A DNA stretch of 22,165 nucleotides, taken from contig CAXTKV010000073.1 of assembly GCA_964244895.1 (NCBI GenBank), forward strand, positions 1-22,165, in the 5' to 3' direction. Positions 1-8,891 of the stretch are shown piece by piece. Origin of the DNA: an uncultured Deinococcales bacterium (lineage in GTDB: Bacteria > Deinococcota > Deinococci > Deinococcales > JAAFIG01). The stretch's first letter is position 1; each line of letters begins with the position of its first letter. The notes beneath the pieces are model-generated. The model ran no database searches, had not been told where the DNA came from, and saw only the letters and a list, made by a program, of their open reading frames with translations. The translations under genes and the position numbers were made by a program.

Positions 1-4
1 ACCG

Positions 5-85
5 TTCTTGCTCGAAAGTTAGAGCACCTCACGGGCTACTCGCGCTTCTTGCTCGAAAGACAGCACCTCACGGGCTACTCGCGCT
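5..85. repeat. Imperfect tandem duplication, ~40-bp unit x2
   Basis: TTCTTGCTCGAAAG-(TTAG/AC)-AGCACCTCACGGGCTACTCGCGC occurs at 5-45 and 46-84. Confidence 0.9.
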
Positions 86-171
86 CTAGTACGGTGTTCC
101 TTGAGACCAGCAAATTCGTGTTTGGGACGGTGTTCCCTTCGAGCACCCAGGCCGGACAATGAGGAGACAGC

Positions 172-1629
172 ATGGCGAACAGCAAAGCCTCGGCCTTCGA
201 CACCGTGCTCGACGTGGGAACCCAGCGCCTTCCCGGCAGCACCGTGTACGATGCGCAGGCGCAAACGTACACGATCATCGGCGGCGGTAACAACGTCTGG
301 GGCGTCGAGGACGAGTTCCAGTTCGCCGCGCGGAAGGTCGCAGGAGATTTCATGCTGACCGCACAAGCTGCGTTTCTGGGCGAGGGCAGGAACCCACACC
401 GCAAGTGGGGCGTGATGTTTCGCCAGACGCTCGAGGGCGATTCGAGCTACGCGGACGCGACCGTGCACGGCGACGGCCTGACCTCGCTGCAATACCGCCC
501 GAGCCAGGGCGCGGACACGCTCGAGGTCGCCGCGACGCTCACCGCGCCCGACTTCGTGCAGCTCGAGCGTTCGGGCGCGGAGATCATCATGCGCGCCGCG
601 AAGAAGGGTGAAGCGCTCGTCGAGACCGGACGCATTCGAATCGATCTCGAGGGTGAGGTCTACGCGGGGTTGTTCGTCTGCTCGCACGAGATCGACGTGG
701 TCGAGACCGCCGTCTTTCACAACGTCCGCCTCGATGTGCCCGCCGCGCCCGGCGTGGACGGTCACGAAACCCCACCGCCGAGCCGCTTGGAACTGCTCGA
801 GGTCGAGACCGGAATCCGCCGCGTGATCCACTCGAGCGCCGATCACTTCGAGGCCCCAAACTGGTCTCGGGACGGCGCGTACCTGCTCTACAACCAGGAC
901 GGCCAGATCTACAAACTCCCGCTCGACTCGAGACGCCCAGAACTTCTCGACACCGGCTCCGTCGCGGCCAACAACAACGACCACGGCATCTCCTTCGACG
1001 GCGCGAGGCTCGCGCTTTCGAGCCACACGGTGCAAAGCGGACGGAAGTCCGGTTCGCAGATTTACGTCGTGCCCATCGAGGGCGGCGAGCCGGTCAGGGT
1101 CACGGACGAGGCCCCGTCGTACTGGCACGGCTGGTCGCCCGACGGCTCGACCCTCGTGTACTGCGCCGAGCGCGATGGCAACTACGACGTGTACTCGATC
1201 CCCGCCACGGGCGGCCTCGAGACGCGGCTCACCACCGACCCCGGCCTCGACGACGGCCCGGAGTTCAGCCCGGACGGAGCGCACGTCTACTTCAACTCGA
1301 CCAGAAGCGGGCGCATGAAGATCTGGCGGATGCGGCCCGACGGCAGCGAGCAAGAGCAGGTCAGTTTCGGCGACGACAACGACTGGTTCGCGCACCCCTC
1401 GCCCGACGGGGAACGCGTGGTCTACGTCACCTACCCGCCCACCGTACCCGCCGCCAGCCACCCGCCCAACCAGCGCGTCACGATCCGCGAGCAGGATCTC
1501 GTGACCGGGCGCGTCCGCGTCCTGGCGCACCTCTATGGCGGTCAGGGCACGATGAACGTGCCCTCGTGGAGTCCCGACGGGAAGCATGTCGCGTTCGTCT
1601 CGTACACCTACGGCGACCCGTCGGTCTGA
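172..1629 (+). CDS. TolB-like PD40/WD40 beta-propeller protein with an N-terminal concanavalin-like (DUF1349-like) domain
   Basis: 485-aa ORF with GAGGAG RBS at 161-166. Repeated PD40 motifs: PNWSRDG, GISFDG, HGWSPDG, PEFSPDG, HPSPDG, PSWSPDG. Confidence 0.85.
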   Translation: MANSKASAFDTVLDVGTQRLPGSTVYDAQAQTYTIIGGGNNVWGVEDEFQFAARKVAGDFMLTAQAAFLGEGRNPHRKWGVMFRQTLEGDSSYADATVHGDGLTSLQYRPSQGADTLEVAATLTAPDFVQLERSGAEIIMRAAKKGEALVETGRIRIDLEGEVYAGLFVCSHEIDVVETAVFHNVRLDVPAAPGVDGHETPPPSRLELLEVETGIRRVIHSSADHFEAPNWSRDGAYLLYNQDGQIYKLPLDSRRPELLDTGSVAANNNDHGISFDGARLALSSHTVQSGRKSGSQIYVVPIEGGEPVRVTDEAPSYWHGWSPDGSTLVYCAERDGNYDVYSIPATGGLETRLTTDPGLDDGPEFSPDGAHVYFNSTRSGRMKIWRMRPDGSEQEQVSFGDDNDWFAHPSPDGERVVYVTYPPTVPAASHPPNQRVTIREQDLVTGRVRVLAHLYGGQGTMNVPSWSPDGKHVAFVSYTYGDPSV

Positions 1630-1681
1630 ACGCGGATCGGCCCGGAGCGTCGGACTGGGGAATTCAAGATTTTGAACCCTC

Positions 1682-1743
1682 GAGGATGCCGTCCAGCACG
1701 CAAATTTTGAATCTCGAGAAAATGCGTCCCAGACGGTGTCCTG
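1682..1743. repeat. Diverged copy of the palindromic intergenic repeat (longer loop)
   Basis: GAGGATGCCGTCCAGCACGCA...TGCGTCCCAGACGGTGTCCTG. The arms match the 5118/13993 element. Confidence 0.6.
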
Positions 1744-1864
1744 CCAGTGGCACGCTCGGGCATACAGCAGTTCCTAGACGGAGACGAGAGAACGCCATGC
1801 GACATTCGACAACGCCACCCTCGAGCCGTGCATCACACCTCGCGTCTACCACCGGAAGGCCAAC

Positions 1865-2845
1865 CTGACCACGAACGCGCGCCTGCCCCGAGTCCAGCTT
1901 GGACGCAGCGAGAAACCGCTCCTGCCGCTCGGCATGGGCGGATCGTTCTACGGCCTCGATCACGCGCGGCACGAGGGCGAGGCGGACATTCTGGCGGCGC
2001 TCGAGGCGGCGCTCGAGGTCGGCATCACGCACTTCGATACCGCCACCGATTACGGTCAGGGCTACTCGGAACGCCTGCTGGCGCGCTTCATCAACGCCGA
2101 ACCGGACCGGCGCGAACGCATCTTCCTGGCCTCCAAGGCCAACCTGAACGACACGGGCGCGAGGGCCGTCACCGAGGCGATTGACGCCAGCCTCGCGCGC
2201 CTGCGAACCGACGTGATCGACCTCTACTACCTGCACTGGCCGCGCACGGGGCAGGACATGCGGGCGTGGATGGAAGGGCTCGAAGAGGCGCGCTCGCAGG
2301 GCAAGATTCGTGCGGTCGGCGTGAGCAACTTCTCGGTCGCGCAGATGAAGCGACTCAGCTAGGTCGGGAAGATTGACGTTTACCAACTCGGCTACAACCT
2401 GCTCTGGCGCTTCGGCGAAGCGGACATCGTTCCGTATTGCACCGAACATGACATTGACCTCGTCGTATACAGCGCCCTCGCGCACGGTATTCTCGCGGGC
2501 AAGTACGCGCGGCAACTCGAGTTCGCGCCGGACGACCAGCGCTGGAGCATCACGCTCTTCAGGGACTCCGTCTGGTCGCACGTCTTCGAGGCGGTCGAGG
2601 CCATGAAAGAGGTCGCGGCTCGAGCGGGGTTTTTGCTCCCGCACCTCGCTCTGCGCTGGCTGTTGCGCCAGCGTGGCGTGAAGACCGTGCTGGTGAGTGC
2701 CAAGAACAGGCAGCATGTTCTCGCCAACGCGCAGGCGCTCGAGCTTGAGGTTCCAGATACCGTGCTGGACGAACTCACCCGATTGAGCGACCGCGCGATC
2801 CAATCCGTCCCGAACGAGGGCAACCCGTTCGGCTATCACCCATAG
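1865..2845 (+). pseudogene. Aldo/keto reductase with a single in-frame TAG at 2360-2362 (pseudogene, sequencing error or readthrough)
   Basis: AKR motifs GITHFDTATDYG, SE, LASK, IDLYYLHWP and GKIRAVGVSNF precede the stop. The same frame continues YQLGYNLLWR...YSALAHGILAGKY...LALRWLL to the stop at 2845. Candidate CTG start at 1865 after GGAAGG; first ATG is at 1934. Confidence 0.85.
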
Positions 2846-2853
2846 GAGAGACC

Positions 2854-3837
2854 ATGTTCGAGTCGAGCGTTCCCGACAAGCGTTTCCTTCAAATCTGCGT
2901 CGTCGTGGACGACCTCGAGCGCTACGCCGAGAACTACCGCGCGATCCTGGGCTTCGACGTGCCGCGCGAGGTTCAGGTCACGCGCGCGCACGACCACACG
3001 CGGGCGACCTACCTGGGTCAGCCGATGGACGCCCGCGCCAAGATCGTCAGTTGGGCGATGGGCGAGGTCGCCTTCGAGTTGCTCGAGCCGCTCGATCCCT
3101 CGAGCGTCTGGATGGACCATCTCCAGAAGCGCGGCCCCAGTCTGCACCACGTGGCCTTCCACGTTCCACGCACCGCGCCCGCCGCCGCGTTCTTCGCGGA
3201 TCGCGGCTATCGGGTCACGCAGCAGGGCCTGTTCACCGGGCGCACCGGGATGTACGCCTACCTGGACACCGACAAGGACCTGGGGGTGATCCTCGAGTTG
3301 CTCGAGCACTACCGCGACGACTCGCACCCTGCGCTGAAGCCCTTCCCGACGGACAAGGGCATCGGGACGGACGCGGTGATCCAGGTCGGGCTCGTCGTCA
3401 ACGACATCGCGGCCACGGCGCGACGCTACCAGGACGTGCTCGGATTGCCCGAACCGAGCCAGCAGCGGACCCCCGGCTTCGAGATCACCGAGGCCACCTT
3501 TCGCGGCGAGCCGACCGAGGCCACCGCCAAGCTCGCCTTCTTCGACTTCGGTCAGGCGCAACTCGAGCTGATCGAACCAGATCACGTCCCGAGCGTCTGG
3601 CGCAACGCCCTGAATGCCAACGGCGAGAGCGCCCACCACATCGCCTTCCGCGTGCAAGACACGGGGCGGGCGGTCGAACACTTCGCCAGGCACGGCGTCG
3701 GCGTCGCCCAGCAGGGCTTCTACGGCGACCGCAGCGGGATGTACACGTACATGGACAGCGAGGCGTCGCTCGGCTTGATCATCGAACTGCTCGAGAACTT
3801 CGACCAGCCCAGGCCGCGCGAGGCTCGCGCGATTTGA
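2854..3837 (+). CDS. Tandem VOC (glyoxalase/methylmalonyl-CoA epimerase-like) domain protein
   Basis: Two homologous halves: QICVVVDDL/QVGLVVNDI, FELLEP/LELIEP, LHHVAF/AHHIAF, GMYAYLD..LGVILELLE/GMYTYMD..LGLIIELLE. AGGAG RBS. Confidence 0.85.
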   Translation: MFESSVPDKRFLQICVVVDDLERYAENYRAILGFDVPREVQVTRAHDHTRATYLGQPMDARAKIVSWAMGEVAFELLEPLDPSSVWMDHLQKRGPSLHHVAFHVPRTAPAAAFFADRGYRVTQQGLFTGRTGMYAYLDTDKDLGVILELLEHYRDDSHPALKPFPTDKGIGTDAVIQVGLVVNDIAATARRYQDVLGLPEPSQQRTPGFEITEATFRGEPTEATAKLAFFDFGQAQLELIEPDHVPSVWRNALNANGESAHHIAFRVQDTGRAVEHFARHGVGVAQQGFYGDRSGMYTYMDSEASLGLIIELLENFDQPRPREARAI

Positions 3838-3847
3838 AGGAGGACGC

Positions 3848-4606
3848 ATGGAAAAGAAAGTCGCACTGGCCCTCTACACCGTGCGGGACGCGTTCGCCGC
3901 AGATAGCCAAAACACGTTGAAAGCCGTCAGGGACATCGGCTACAGCGCCGTGGAGTTCGCCGGGCTCGGGCGGTGGAAGGCGGAGGACGTTCGGGCGCAA
4001 CTCGACGACCTGGGCCTGCGCGGGTTGTCGGCGCACGTGCCGCTCCAACGCCTGCGCGACGACCTGCCCGGCGTGATCCGCGAGGCGAAGGTGTTGGGCC
4101 TCGAGTACATCGCCTTCCCGTGGCTGCCGCCCGAGCAGCGCAACGCCGCGTTCTATCGGTCGCTCGTCCCGCTCCTCAAAGCGACCGGCGAGGCCTGCGC
4201 CGCAGAGGGCTTGAGGTTCTGCTACCACAACCACGACTTCGAACTCGAGCCTCTGTTCGACGGCACGAACGCGCTCGAGTTCTTCGCCCAGGAGGTGAGC
4301 GCACAGCACCTCGCGTTCGAGCTGGACGTGTACTGGGCCGCGTTCGCGGGACTGAACCCCGTTCAGTTTCTCGAGCGCTTCTCGGGCCGGACGCCCTTGG
4401 TTCACCTCAAGGATATGTCCAGGGACGACTCGAGGACCTTCGCGGAGGTCGGCTCGGGATCGCTCGATTTTCCCGCGATTCTCGGGGCCTGCGAGCGCAT
4501 CGGGGCACGGTGGGTCATCGTCGAACAGGACGAGGGCCAGCTCCCGCCGCTCGAGAGCGCAGCGATGAGCTTCAACCACTTGCGGACGCTGGGGCACGTC
4601 GTATGA
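3848..4606 (+). CDS. Sugar phosphate isomerase/epimerase (AP_endonuc_2, IolE/MocC-like TIM barrel)
   Basis: Motifs LYTVRD, GYSAVEFAG, YHNHDFE, FELDVYW, HLKD, EVGSGSLDF and IVEQD. AAGGAGG RBS. Confidence 0.9.
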   Translation: MEKKVALALYTVRDAFAADSQNTLKAVRDIGYSAVEFAGLGRWKAEDVRAQLDDLGLRGLSAHVPLQRLRDDLPGVIREAKVLGLEYIAFPWLPPEQRNAAFYRSLVPLLKATGEACAAEGLRFCYHNHDFELEPLFDGTNALEFFAQEVSAQHLAFELDVYWAAFAGLNPVQFLERFSGRTPLVHLKDMSRDDSRTFAEVGSGSLDFPAILGACERIGARWVIVEQDEGQLPPLESAAMSFNHLRTLGHVV

Positions 4607-4799
4607 CGGCTGCCGCTGGCGGAACGCGTTGTCAGCGATTGACCGGTTTGCGTCGGGATCGGGTCTTGGCCAGCTCGCGCGGGTTGGTTGAACCCTGACA
4701 GCCTTCAAGCAGTGCCTGAACCTTTGAACGCTTTGATGCATCTTCGGTCAGCGCGTGACCGAGCTTTCCGGCACGAGGGAACGCGCAGCGTCCATGCTC

Positions 4800-5085
4800 C
4801 CTCGAGGCGATCGGGGGAGACTTCACCGCGCAGGCTCGAGTGGCGCTTCCAGAACGAGCATCTGGTTCCCATCCGGGATGGCGAAATCATCGTCAGCCAG
4901 CCGGATTTGATGGCGCTGCTTGACGCGCAGACGGGGGAACCGATCACCACCGAAGGGATGCGTTACGGGTTGCGGGCCGTGGTGCTCGGCATTCCCTGCG
5001 ATCCGCAATGGCGCACAGTGGCGGGACTCGAGCGATACTTCGGCTATCCGGTGGATTTCGCTCCGGTCAAGCAACGGTTTTGGGG
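4800..5085 (+). pseudogene. C-terminal remnant of a DUF917-family protein
   Basis: FQNEHL...PDLMALLDAQTGEPITTEGMRYG...PCDPQWRT..GL matches the DUF917 C-terminus as recalled. The N-terminal part is missing; boundaries are approximate. Confidence 0.7.
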
Positions 5086-5117
5086 TGGCGTGAATGTCGT
5101 GCCGGATCGTTCAGCTC

Positions 5118-5169
5118 GAGAACACCGTCCCACACGCATGAATCGTTATGCGCCCTGGACGGTGTTCTC
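5118..5169. repeat. 52-bp palindromic intergenic repeat (REP/MITE-like)
   Basis: GAGAACACCGTCC-N26-GGACGGTGTTCTC, a perfect 13-bp inverted repeat. Confidence 0.85.
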
Positions 5170-5199
5170 TGTGAGTGTTCAATCTGCCGCAGCCAGCCC

Positions 5200-5381
5200 G
5201 TAGACCTCTCGTGTGCACTATCAGCGCTCCAGTCGAGCGCTTGGATGTTATCGATCCCTGTTGCCTCGATCACCAGAGCGCCGCTGGTGACATCGTAGAC
5301 CCTCCATCCGCTGCGGGATGTTGTCAATAGCCGCTGCCCGTTCGGGCTCCAGATCACCTGGTTGGGTCCGGCGTCGAGCAC
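5200..5381 (-). pseudogene. WD40/beta-propeller gene fragment
   Basis: VIWSPNGQRLLTTS..WRVYDVTSG...IQALDWSAD resembles one or two WD40 blades. There is no complete gene. Confidence 0.5.
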
Positions 5382-5432
5382 CCCACTCGTAAGCTGTGTT
5401 GATTTTTGGTATTCGATTCACGACACTAAGCT

Positions 5433-5540
5433 GTGACCAACACGAAACTTACCCCGCACGAATGGAAGAAAATACTCGAATTCCCCCGCACCCGTACCGA
5501 CTTCTACATCGGCTACCCTACCGGCTGCAAACACTTCTCG
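5433..5540 (+). mobile_element. Possible N-terminal remnant of an IS5-family transposase
   Basis: KLTPHEWKKILEF.RTRTDFYIG.PTGCKHF resembles IS5/DUF4096-type N-termini (from recall). The DNA is AT-richer and the gene is truncated. Confidence 0.4.
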
Positions 5541-5861
5541 GAACCTCAACCGATACTTCCAATTCAGTTCAAAACGTTCGAGCATACTCAGCACAAGACT
5601 GAAATTGTCCCGAAAAGTGGTGGTTCTGCGCTTTTGGTGCCACGTTCAATAACCCCACTTTTGAGCCTGTATCGGACCCAGAGATCGTTGATTTTTGACA
5701 GTAACCCAGCCGAAAACGGTCGCGAAAATCCGTGACCGAGAGTGACGAATCGCAAAACCAGTCGCCGAAAGAGAACTGTCCAGCACGCGAAATCGTGAAG
5801 CAGAGGTAAAAATCGGGACAGACAAAAAAACGCCCTAGCTGGACTCACAACCAGCCTCAAA

Positions 5862-6130
5862 TCAGTCCGCCGCGTCAGGAATAAGCACAGTTACATTGAC
5901 GCTTTGGTTGTCGTTGTCATCAAGATCGCCACCGTCTTGATTCAGAAAGTCCGCCATGCTGATCGCCGCTTCCCGTCGTTGCTCATCGAACAGGTGCGCG
6001 TACTTTTTGAGCGTGAACGCCACGCTCGTGTGTCCCAGGCGATCCGAGACGACCTTGGCGTTCAACCCGCGTCGGATTAGGACTGAGGTGTTCGTGTGCC
6101 GCAGGCCGTGGTCACTGAGGATCGCCTGGG
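5862..6130 (-). pseudogene. Tyrosine recombinase/integrase C-terminal fragment
   Basis: HGLRHT...VSDRLGHTSVAFTLKKYAH carries the H-x-x-R, LGH and catalytic Y motifs. The N-terminal part is absent. Confidence 0.85.
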
Positions 6131-6384
6131 CGTTGAACCTCCTGGAACTGCTCGAGCGGGCACTGGCCGACGCAGGGCCGTGATGGTCTGTCGTCGGTCG
6201 CAACGGTTCACGAGGGCCAGTCCTACATGCCCAGTGAGGCCTCGAGGATGGTGGCGAAGGTCATCGGTATCCGTGAGGCACAACGCGGCGATCAGACGAT
6301 TGACGATCCGGCGTGCGGCTCGGGTTCACCGCTGCCGAGGCGATCAACGAAGCGCTGTCGGGCGTGACGAACGAGAGCGAGTCT

Positions 6385-6431
6385 GAAAAGAAAAGCGGGT
6401 AGGTTACGTCTAGCACGATGAAAACCTACCC
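6385..6431 (-). terminator. Putative intrinsic terminator of the minus-strand gene run
   Basis: GGGTAGGTT (6397-6405) pairs with AACCTACCC (6423-6431), with extra inner pairing. It is followed on the minus strand by GCTTTTCTTTTC and lies ~40 nt after the stop at 6473. Confidence 0.5.
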
Positions 6432-6472
6432 AAGAGATCAAGGTTGTTTCTGAAAGGCGCCTTCATGCATGC

Positions 6473-7573
6473 TCAGGCCGACGCTGGGTGACGCGGCAAA
6501 CCGGCCAGGCCGCCCAACTCCGTCTCGAGCAAAATCGCGAGGTCGCCGCGCAAGAACCGCAGGCGCAGCCCGAACCGCTCGCGGAGTTCGCCCAGCACGT
6601 CGCGCAAGGTCGTGCCCTCGACGCCCAAGCCGGTCAAGGGCGAGATGCCCTGCGCCGGGTACGCCCCGAAGACGTACCCCTGCCCATCGCGCCAGACCGG
6701 TAAACTCGAGCCGTCGCCTGCGACCAATAGCTCGTACACGCCGCCCTCTTGCATGGCGGTCAGGGTCGCCTCCAGGCCATGCACGCCGCGCTCGCGGGTG
6801 GCCTCGAAGGCAGCCTGATCCGCGTCGTGCTGTGCCGTCTCGAGGATCGGCTGAGCCGCTTCGAGGACGCTGGCGGCAGTGGCGTCGCCCGGCGTGTGGA
6901 ACGTTCCAGCGAGTGCGCCTTTTAGGTCGGGGGTCAATTCCGCCGTCAGGCTGGAGCGCATCTCGGGCGGCCCGGCGATCAGTAAGCGTTCGAAACTGCC
7001 CGCTTGACGCAGCTGAACGAGCTTCTCGACCAGCGTGTTCCAGAGAACCTGATCCTGGTGTTGCTCGTAGTGGTCGTCGGCGATGTCTCGCGCAAAGACG
7101 CGCCGTCCAGCCTCGAGACCGAGCAGGTCGTGCAACTCGCTGATCTCGCCGAGCCGCACGCTGAACAAACGCCCCCAATCGTGATCCACCAGGACGATCA
7201 GGCTGGGTGGGCTGGATTGAAGCGCGAACCGCAGTGGCTCGAGATCGGGCGTGCCGAAACGGGCGGACTCGGGCAGTTCGAGCTGCACGTCCACAACGCG
7301 GCTCTTGACGTGACCGCTCTCATCCCAGACGAAGTACGCCCGCGAGCGGGTCGAGCGTTCCGCGTCACTCAGATCGTCCAGCACCGCTTGCGTCAGCGCC
7401 TCTGGAGCCTCGAGCGCAGTCATCGAGTTCTTCGCGCGGATGCGGAGCGCACCGCCCTGGTTGGTGGGACTGCCTGGATTGACATCGAGCACCACACAGA
7501 GCACGTGGTTTGATGGAAGCTCACCCTCGAGAACCTTGGGGGTGTCGTAATCGAGAGGGATGTTGGTTTGCAC
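6473..7573 (-). CDS. Bacterial aeRF1-like protein (baeRF/VLRF1-type), no GGQ motif
   Basis: 366 aa, GTG start with AGGAG RBS. aeRF1-like motifs LIVLVDHDWGRLF, RLLIAGPPE and GVHGLEATLTAMQEGGVYELLV, and C-terminal LGGLAGLPR. Confidence 0.75.
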   Translation of the reverse strand: MQTNIPLDYDTPKVLEGELPSNHVLCVVLDVNPGSPTNQGGALRIRAKNSMTALEAPEALTQAVLDDLSDAERSTRSRAYFVWDESGHVKSRVVDVQLELPESARFGTPDLEPLRFALQSSPPSLIVLVDHDWGRLFSVRLGEISELHDLLGLEAGRRVFARDIADDHYEQHQDQVLWNTLVEKLVQLRQAGSFERLLIAGPPEMRSSLTAELTPDLKGALAGTFHTPGDATAASVLEAAQPILETAQHDADQAAFEATRERGVHGLEATLTAMQEGGVYELLVAGDGSSLPVWRDGQGYVFGAYPAQGISPLTGLGVEGTTLRDVLGELRERFGLRLRFLRGDLAILLETELGGLAGLPRHPASA

Positions 7574-7687
7574 GATGGCTCCTGACTTCGTTGGGGAGAA
7601 GGCTGGACTGCGACGGGCCGGCGGGACTACCTCGAGATGGCGCGTCTGGAGCGCTCGAGAATCGCTGCGACATCAGTGCAGACCCGT

Positions 7688-8815
7688 TCAGGACTGCGCG
7701 AGCACTTGCGCTACCGGACGGCGCAACGAGCGCGGCATTGGATCGGCGTAGCCGAAGCGAACGAGGTATTGGGGCAGCGCTTCCTTGAGGCCCATCGCAC
7801 GCTGAAACTGCTCACGGACGGCGGCGACTTCGTTCGGCTGATTCAAGGAAGCAGATTTGATGTTCAACGAGGTCATCTCGAGTGCCAGGCGCTCGTAGAC
7901 CTGACCTGTACGCACCCAGGCGGCTCGGTCATCTGAACCCGAGGCGATCAGGACTGCGCCGGATGAGCTGCGAAATTTTTTGGCATCCGCGTCGGCCTGC
8001 TGTTGTGGGTTCGTCCCGGAGACGACCATCTGCCCCAGCCAGCGCGGTACTTCCGGGCTGCCCGCACAGCGCGAGTACAGGCCGTCGAGCGAGGCGAGCG
8101 CTTCTTTCTTGTTGAAGCGAACCCAGTGGATCAACTCGTCGACGAAGGGTTTGTCCGCGTACTGGCTGAGGTTGCCCTGGTTGATGTACTCCAACACGGT
8201 TTTTAATTCGGAAGGCTCGAGCGCGAAATGCAAGCTGATCCCCGGTTCGAGAGGTAACGCCCGTATCCGACGAAGGGTAGCGGGCTGAACGGGCTGACCG
8301 TCATAGATGGAGCGGGTGTTCTGGCGCTCAGGAATCGCATCGAACAGCGGACTCCCCCGTGGGGAATCCGCCGTCAAACGAACGCGGATGAAATCTGACG
8401 CGCCGGGATACGTGACTTCGGGCGCGTACCCCGCAGCGCGGGCAGCGATCAGCAGGTTTTCCAGCGCGCAGCCGAGGCTGATCCAGAGTTCGCGGTCTCG
8501 AGGGTCGAGGATCGGCAAACGGCGGGTGTCATCCGGGTGAATTTCGAGCAGACCGGGCTTGATCACGAAGATCCACGGTTGCGTGTTGTGCGAACTCGCC
8601 GCCAGCGTCGCGGAACGGATCAGGCCCCGCATGGGTGCAGTTGCGGTGGGTTGATCCTCGAGCGGTTGCCGGACTCGATCCGCTTGGCCGCTGTAATCAA
8701 GCCACGGGGTGTATTCGTAGAGGGCATAGCCCCCTGCGGCGGCGACGCCAGAAGCCGCCAGGAGTTGCAAAACGCGGCGACGGTTCAACGATGGATGGGG
8801 CAATGGGCTCTTCAT
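7688..8815 (-). CDS. Acg-family FMN-binding nitroreductase-like protein with a Tat-like N-terminus
   Basis: ATLAASSHNTQPW, DPRDRELWISLGCALENL, IPERQNTR, GQVYERLAL, RFGY and RSLRRP. N-terminal RRRVLQLL followed by a hydrophobic stretch. Confidence 0.85.
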   Translation of the reverse strand: MKSPLPHPSLNRRRVLQLLAASGVAAAGGYALYEYTPWLDYSGQADRVRQPLEDQPTATAPMRGLIRSATLAASSHNTQPWIFVIKPGLLEIHPDDTRRLPILDPRDRELWISLGCALENLLIAARAAGYAPEVTYPGASDFIRVRLTADSPRGSPLFDAIPERQNTRSIYDGQPVQPATLRRIRALPLEPGISLHFALEPSELKTVLEYINQGNLSQYADKPFVDELIHWVRFNKKEALASLDGLYSRCAGSPEVPRWLGQMVVSGTNPQQQADADAKKFRSSSGAVLIASGSDDRAAWVRTGQVYERLALEMTSLNIKSASLNQPNEVAAVREQFQRAMGLKEALPQYLVRFGYADPMPRSLRRPVAQVLAQS

Positions 8816-8891
8816 GGCTCAACTCCTGATGGGGTGAAACGCACCGGACGGATGCGCGCTGGTCCTGACGCCCTTCGACCCTCGAGATTTC

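Noticed and set aside
5..85. Possible CRISPR array
   Set aside because: There are only two units, the variable part is 2-4 nt rather than a spacer, and there are no cas genes
2360..2362. Pyrrolysine or genome-wide TAG recoding
   Set aside because: The same gene ends in TAG directly before the next gene's RBS, there are no pyl genes in the window, and no other gene needs readthrough
19..4741. Long minus-strand ORFs (19-1587, 1664-2839, 2836-3849, 3779-4741)
   Set aside because: They are antisense shadows of well-supported plus-strand genes in GC-rich DNA and have no recognisable motifs
5838..5854. tRNA-anticodon-like hairpin CTGGACTCACAACCAG as an att core or tRNA
   Set aside because: No T-arm or acceptor stem follows, and it is too short to support
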